NCBI GenBank assembly: GCA_963667015.2
Contig: CAXXJJ010000004.1
Coordinates: 3,328,001 to 3,392,000 of the forward strand
DNA: 64,000 nt
Direction: 5' to 3'
From: Desulfatiglandales bacterium
Lineage (GTDB): Bacteria > Desulfobacterota > DSM-4660 > Desulfatiglandales > HGW-15
In this document: piece by piece, positions 61,195-64,000 of the stretch
How the letters are laid out: every line of letters starts with the position of its first letter
How positions within the stretch are numbered: the first letter of the stretch is position 1
Notes under the pieces: generated by a model
What the model was told of the DNA's origin: nothing
The model's database searches: none
The model's input: only the letters and a program-made list of their open reading frames with translations
Made by a program: the position numbers and the translations under genes

Positions 61195-61436
61195 AATCCC
61201 CTGGCGAGCAGTGTTGCAAAACACAATCCGCCTCCGGCATAGTCCCCCGCAAAAGAGATGTTTTCCGGATTGCAACCTTCATCCATCAATGCCCGGTATG
61301 CAGATAGTGAATCCTCAAGTGCTGCAGGAAAAGGACGTTCAGGTGCAAGCCTGTAATCGAATACAAAGGCGGAGGTATTACTTCCAAGGACAAATTTAGC
61401 CACATGCACCCTGTGTCCCTGAGGTAAACCGCAGTA
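61195..61436 (-). pseudogene. Internal fragment of an HSL-family alpha/beta hydrolase
   Basis: GHRVHVAKFV...FDYRLAPERPFPAALED...ISFAGDYAGGGLCFATLL. The GDSAGG nucleophile Ser reads Tyr, and both termini are missing. Confidence 0.8.
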
Positions 61437-61991
61437 ATGTGGACGGATGAATATATCTCAACACAACTGCTTGAAACACATCTAAACCAGGCAACAGACC
61501 TTGCCAGCAGAAAAGAAAGTACAATCAGCTCCACGATGGAATGGATCCTTCAAAAGGTGCCCGGAAACAGGATGAGTATCCTTGACCTGGGATGTGGGCC
61601 GGGCCTTTATACTGAAAGGCTGGCACAAAAAGGTCATATAGTGACCGGCATTGATTTTTCCGAAAACTCCATCTCCCATGCCCGGAAGTCCGCAGAAAAA
61701 GGATTCTGGCGGCCGACCCCATATCTTGCCCTGCATGAGGGTATATATTACAGGAATGAAAAGGTAGTCCTTAGCCAGCATGTTATTATTGATGAAACAG
61801 AAGAAACAGAAATTTATCGCTTCTGGACACATCGCTTCTGGACACATCGCTTCTCGGACAATGATCTGAAAGGAATACTCGAGGCCAACAAGTTCACAGA
61901 ACCAATTTTTTATAAAGAAGTAATTCCTGACAGTGACAGTTACAGGTCCGGGGATGTGACCTTCTGCATTACAGCAAGACAGGGCATTTAG
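61437..61991 (+). pseudogene. Class I SAM-dependent methyltransferase, probably truncated and internally deleted
   Basis: ILDLGCGPG motif I and VTGIDFS motif II are present, then the sequence jumps to GFWRPTPYL without the usual later motifs (no LKPGG segment). No RBS is evident, and there is a 15-bp duplication at 61816-61845. Confidence 0.65.
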
Positions 61992-62015
61992 TATCTAACA
62001 TGCTCTTTCCGAAAA

Positions 62016-62052
62016 ACTGCTTCCTGAACGCACAGTTACTTCAGGAAGCAGT
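62016..62052. terminator. Hairpin downstream of the methyltransferase remnant
   Basis: ACTGCTTCCTGAA-N11-TTCAGGAAGCAGT, a perfect 13-bp stem. Confidence 0.55.
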
Positions 62053-62078
62053 AATACCGGAAGAATTCCCAGTTTTCC

Positions 62079-62133
62079 CCTACCATAGGGTAGGATTACA
62101 GTCCGCATCCTACTCTATAGTAGGATTTTTTTC
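62079..62133 (+). terminator. Long imperfect hairpin with T-tract
   Basis: CCTACCATAGGGTAGGAT-N10-ATCCTACTCTATAGTAGG followed by ATTTTTTTC. Confidence 0.5.
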
Positions 62134-62310
62134 AGGCCATCATTACAATCAGTTATTGTTTTCAATCATTAAAGGTTAAAAAATATTTTCCTCAAAAATA
62201 ATGTTCGCTCTTTCATTCCCTTATTCCATGAGGCTTTCAGCCGTTAAAGAGAAACGCTGAGCCCAAAAATACAACTTTAAACTGCCAGATTCCGCCTCTT
62301 TCTTCCTTTC

Positions 62311-62326
62311 TGGCATTCCCGTTGCA
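62311..62326 (+). promoter_or_regulatory. Sigma-54 (-24/-12) promoter
   Basis: TGGCATTCCCGTTGCA, with GG at 62312-62313, exactly 10 nt, then GC at 62324-62325. Confidence 0.78.
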
Positions 62327-62462
62327 ATTATCCATTTTCAAGACGCACTGATTTCCAGGCCGGGACCTTCTTCAACTGGAAATATTTATTGCGGCAATGG
62401 TAGCTTCTGTAACGGTACTGGTAATCAGTGCGTAAAAGAATTTTTCAGGGAAAGGAAATAAA

Positions 62463-62750
62463 ATGACCATCGGTAATGCCCTGGCATTTATAAAACGAAG
62501 TCTCAATGATTCAATTTTAAGAGATCGTCTGAACGGGGCATCAGACAAAGAGGAATTTGACCGGGTACTGGCGGAGGAGTATCTGAATTTTTCATCCCAT
62601 GAGTTTGACGAGGCATTTAATCACAAACTGACCGAATGTCAGGAAGAGGAGGAGGCGGAGCAGCTTAAGGAATTAAAATTGTGGTGGGATCTGCTCGGGC
62701 AGATATATGAACCCTCTGCATGCAGGGCCGGATGCAGCGGCTACTGTTAG
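62463..62750 (+). CDS. Nif11-like small protein with Cys-rich C-terminal tail
   Basis: MTIGNALAFIKRSLNDSILRDRLNGA...LAEEYLNFSSHEF resembles the Nif11 pattern (A.AF......D..LR..L..A...F+..E). It has an AAGGA RBS and ends CRAGCSGYC. Confidence 0.7.
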   Translation: MTIGNALAFIKRSLNDSILRDRLNGASDKEEFDRVLAEEYLNFSSHEFDEAFNHKLTECQEEEEAEQLKELKLWWDLLGQIYEPSACRAGCSGYC

Positions 62751-62924
62751 CAGGATTTATGACTGGGAAAGTATTATATCCGTCCGGACCATTGCAAAGA
62801 TTGGCGAAAAATAAACCATAAATCTATTAGAGAAAGGAGGTTATAAATTTAGCTCAATTTAAATCCGCAAAACGCGGAAACTTAAAAGGTAGTTTTTTAT
62901 TTTGTGTTCTATTATCTTCTCCTA

Positions 62925-62956
62925 AAAATACCCTCTCGGGACCGGGAGGGTATTTT
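62925..62956. terminator. Bidirectional intrinsic terminator
   Basis: AAAATACCCTCTC-N6-GGGAGGGTATTTT between the convergent Nif11-like and esterase genes. Confidence 0.8.
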
Positions 62957-62970
62957 ACTAATGAAGACTT

Positions 62971-64000
62971 TTACCCTTTCTTTTCATTAACCCTTTCAAA
63001 AATAACACGTTGTTCCTTGAGGGGATCAAACCCTATCCGGCTTTCCGTATCAAATATCATCATGGGACGCTTTGCCGTATCATATGGATCCCATACCGGA
63101 AGACCGCTCTTCGATGTGTTGGGATCTCCATCCGCAGCAAATGCAATCCATGCCTCGCTTATCCTATCCGCCAGCTTCTGCGCCTCCGGACCGCCGCCTG
63201 TAAGGCCAATACCTCCGCCGTCAACATTGTCAAATACAAAAGGCATCTCCAGCCCGTGCGGGCATATGAGCTTTCCATTCAGGACAGGCGTCTCCCAGTC
63301 AAAGCGGTACAGGTATGCCGGCGCCTTTCCCAGCGCCATCTTTCTTTCAGCTATGGTGACTGATCCCGAACCCATACCCGAATAACTTGCTATATGAAAG
63401 TGAATTGCCGACGGGGACATATCAGGATACTCCTGGCGATAAAGATCAATGAGCTTATCAGCATCAGCCCCCGCAAGCTTCTCAACCTGGCTTCTCATTC
63501 CCTGTTCATCCAGGGACCAGAGCTCATCCTGACCAAGAAGAAAAACAGTAGACTCGGTTTTGTTCCAGCCTACCATAACTGGCACGTTTTCAGATACCGC
63601 CGGTGCCGTCGGATAAAAGGGATGTGCGGGCAGTACCTGCGGGTCAATAACAGGGCTGAATCCTCTGATTCCCTGCGAACCCAGCCTTCCATTGACTGCA
63701 AAATAGGCGGATAATATGGTGTTTGTCGTAAGCTTATTTATTTCAGATAGATTTTCGGGTTTGATCCCCAGTTCCTCGAGAAGGGCCTCCGCAACCTTTG
63801 TTGCATTGGCAGGTTCGTCAACCTTAATGCCCGGTCCGCTCTCAATGACAGCAGAATGGAAAAGACCCTTTGCAGGCGGGCTTGCCAGCAGCATGGACAC
63901 CTTTGCTCCTCCGCCGGATTCTCCGAATATCATTACCCTGTTGGGATCACCGCCGAATTTCTCGATGTTATCCCGCACCCATTCAAGGGCTAAAATTATA
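62971..64000 (-). CDS. Type B carboxylesterase (PnbA-like); 5' end lies outside the window
   Basis: The frame stays open to the window edge (IILALEWVRDNIEKFGGDPNRVMIFGESGGG). Catalytic Glu (WNKTE) and His (CPHGLEMPFVF) are present. Confidence 0.93.
   Translation of the reverse strand, partial: IILALEWVRDNIEKFGGDPNRVMIFGESGGGAKVSMLLASPPAKGLFHSAVIESGPGIKVDEPANATKVAEALLEELGIKPENLSEINKLTTNTILSAYFAVNGRLGSQGIRGFSPVIDPQVLPAHPFYPTAPAVSENVPVMVGWNKTESTVFLLGQDELWSLDEQGMRSQVEKLAGADADKLIDLYRQEYPDMSPSAIHFHIASYSGMGSGSVTIAERKMALGKAPAYLYRFDWETPVLNGKLICPHGLEMPFVFDNVDGGGIGLTGGGPEAQKLADRISEAWIAFAADGDPNTSKSGLPVWDPYDTAKRPMMIFDTESRIGFDPLKEQRVIFERVNEKKG

Noticed and set aside
62130..62300. NifA upstream activator sequence (TGT-N10-ACA) for the sigma-54 promoter
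   Set aside because: The TGT sites inspected are not followed by ACA at the required spacing.

Overview
Bacterial DNA, probably a Desulfobacterales-like deltaproteobacterium (inferred from gene content). About 70% of the window (1-44438, minus strand) is one giant open reading frame that the ORF track omits because it has no stop codon inside the window. It starts at ATG 44438 and runs off the left edge, giving at least 14,812 codons. From the N-terminus it has a LEPR-XLL motif, a DUF4347 domain with a His/Cys pair, about 3,200 aa of Ca-binding RTX modules, and about 6,600 aa of leukotoxin-LktA-like G/A/V/S beta-helix repeats. These are followed by haemagglutinin-like repeats and a second, recently duplicated RTX-like block. 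Several small module families are inserted into this scaffold, sometimes nested two or three deep. A TolC-family outer-membrane protein lies directly upstream on the same strand. The rest of the window holds fba, a yhaM-like HD nuclease, moaA, a PKD/PPC/S8 lipoprotein protease, a beta-propeller lipoprotein, an OFA-family MFS transporter and a three-gene two-component cluster. It also holds two gene remnants, a Nif11-like small protein behind a consensus sigma-54 promoter with a structured leader, and a partial carboxylesterase. No rRNA, tRNA, CRISPR array or intact mobile element was recognised.
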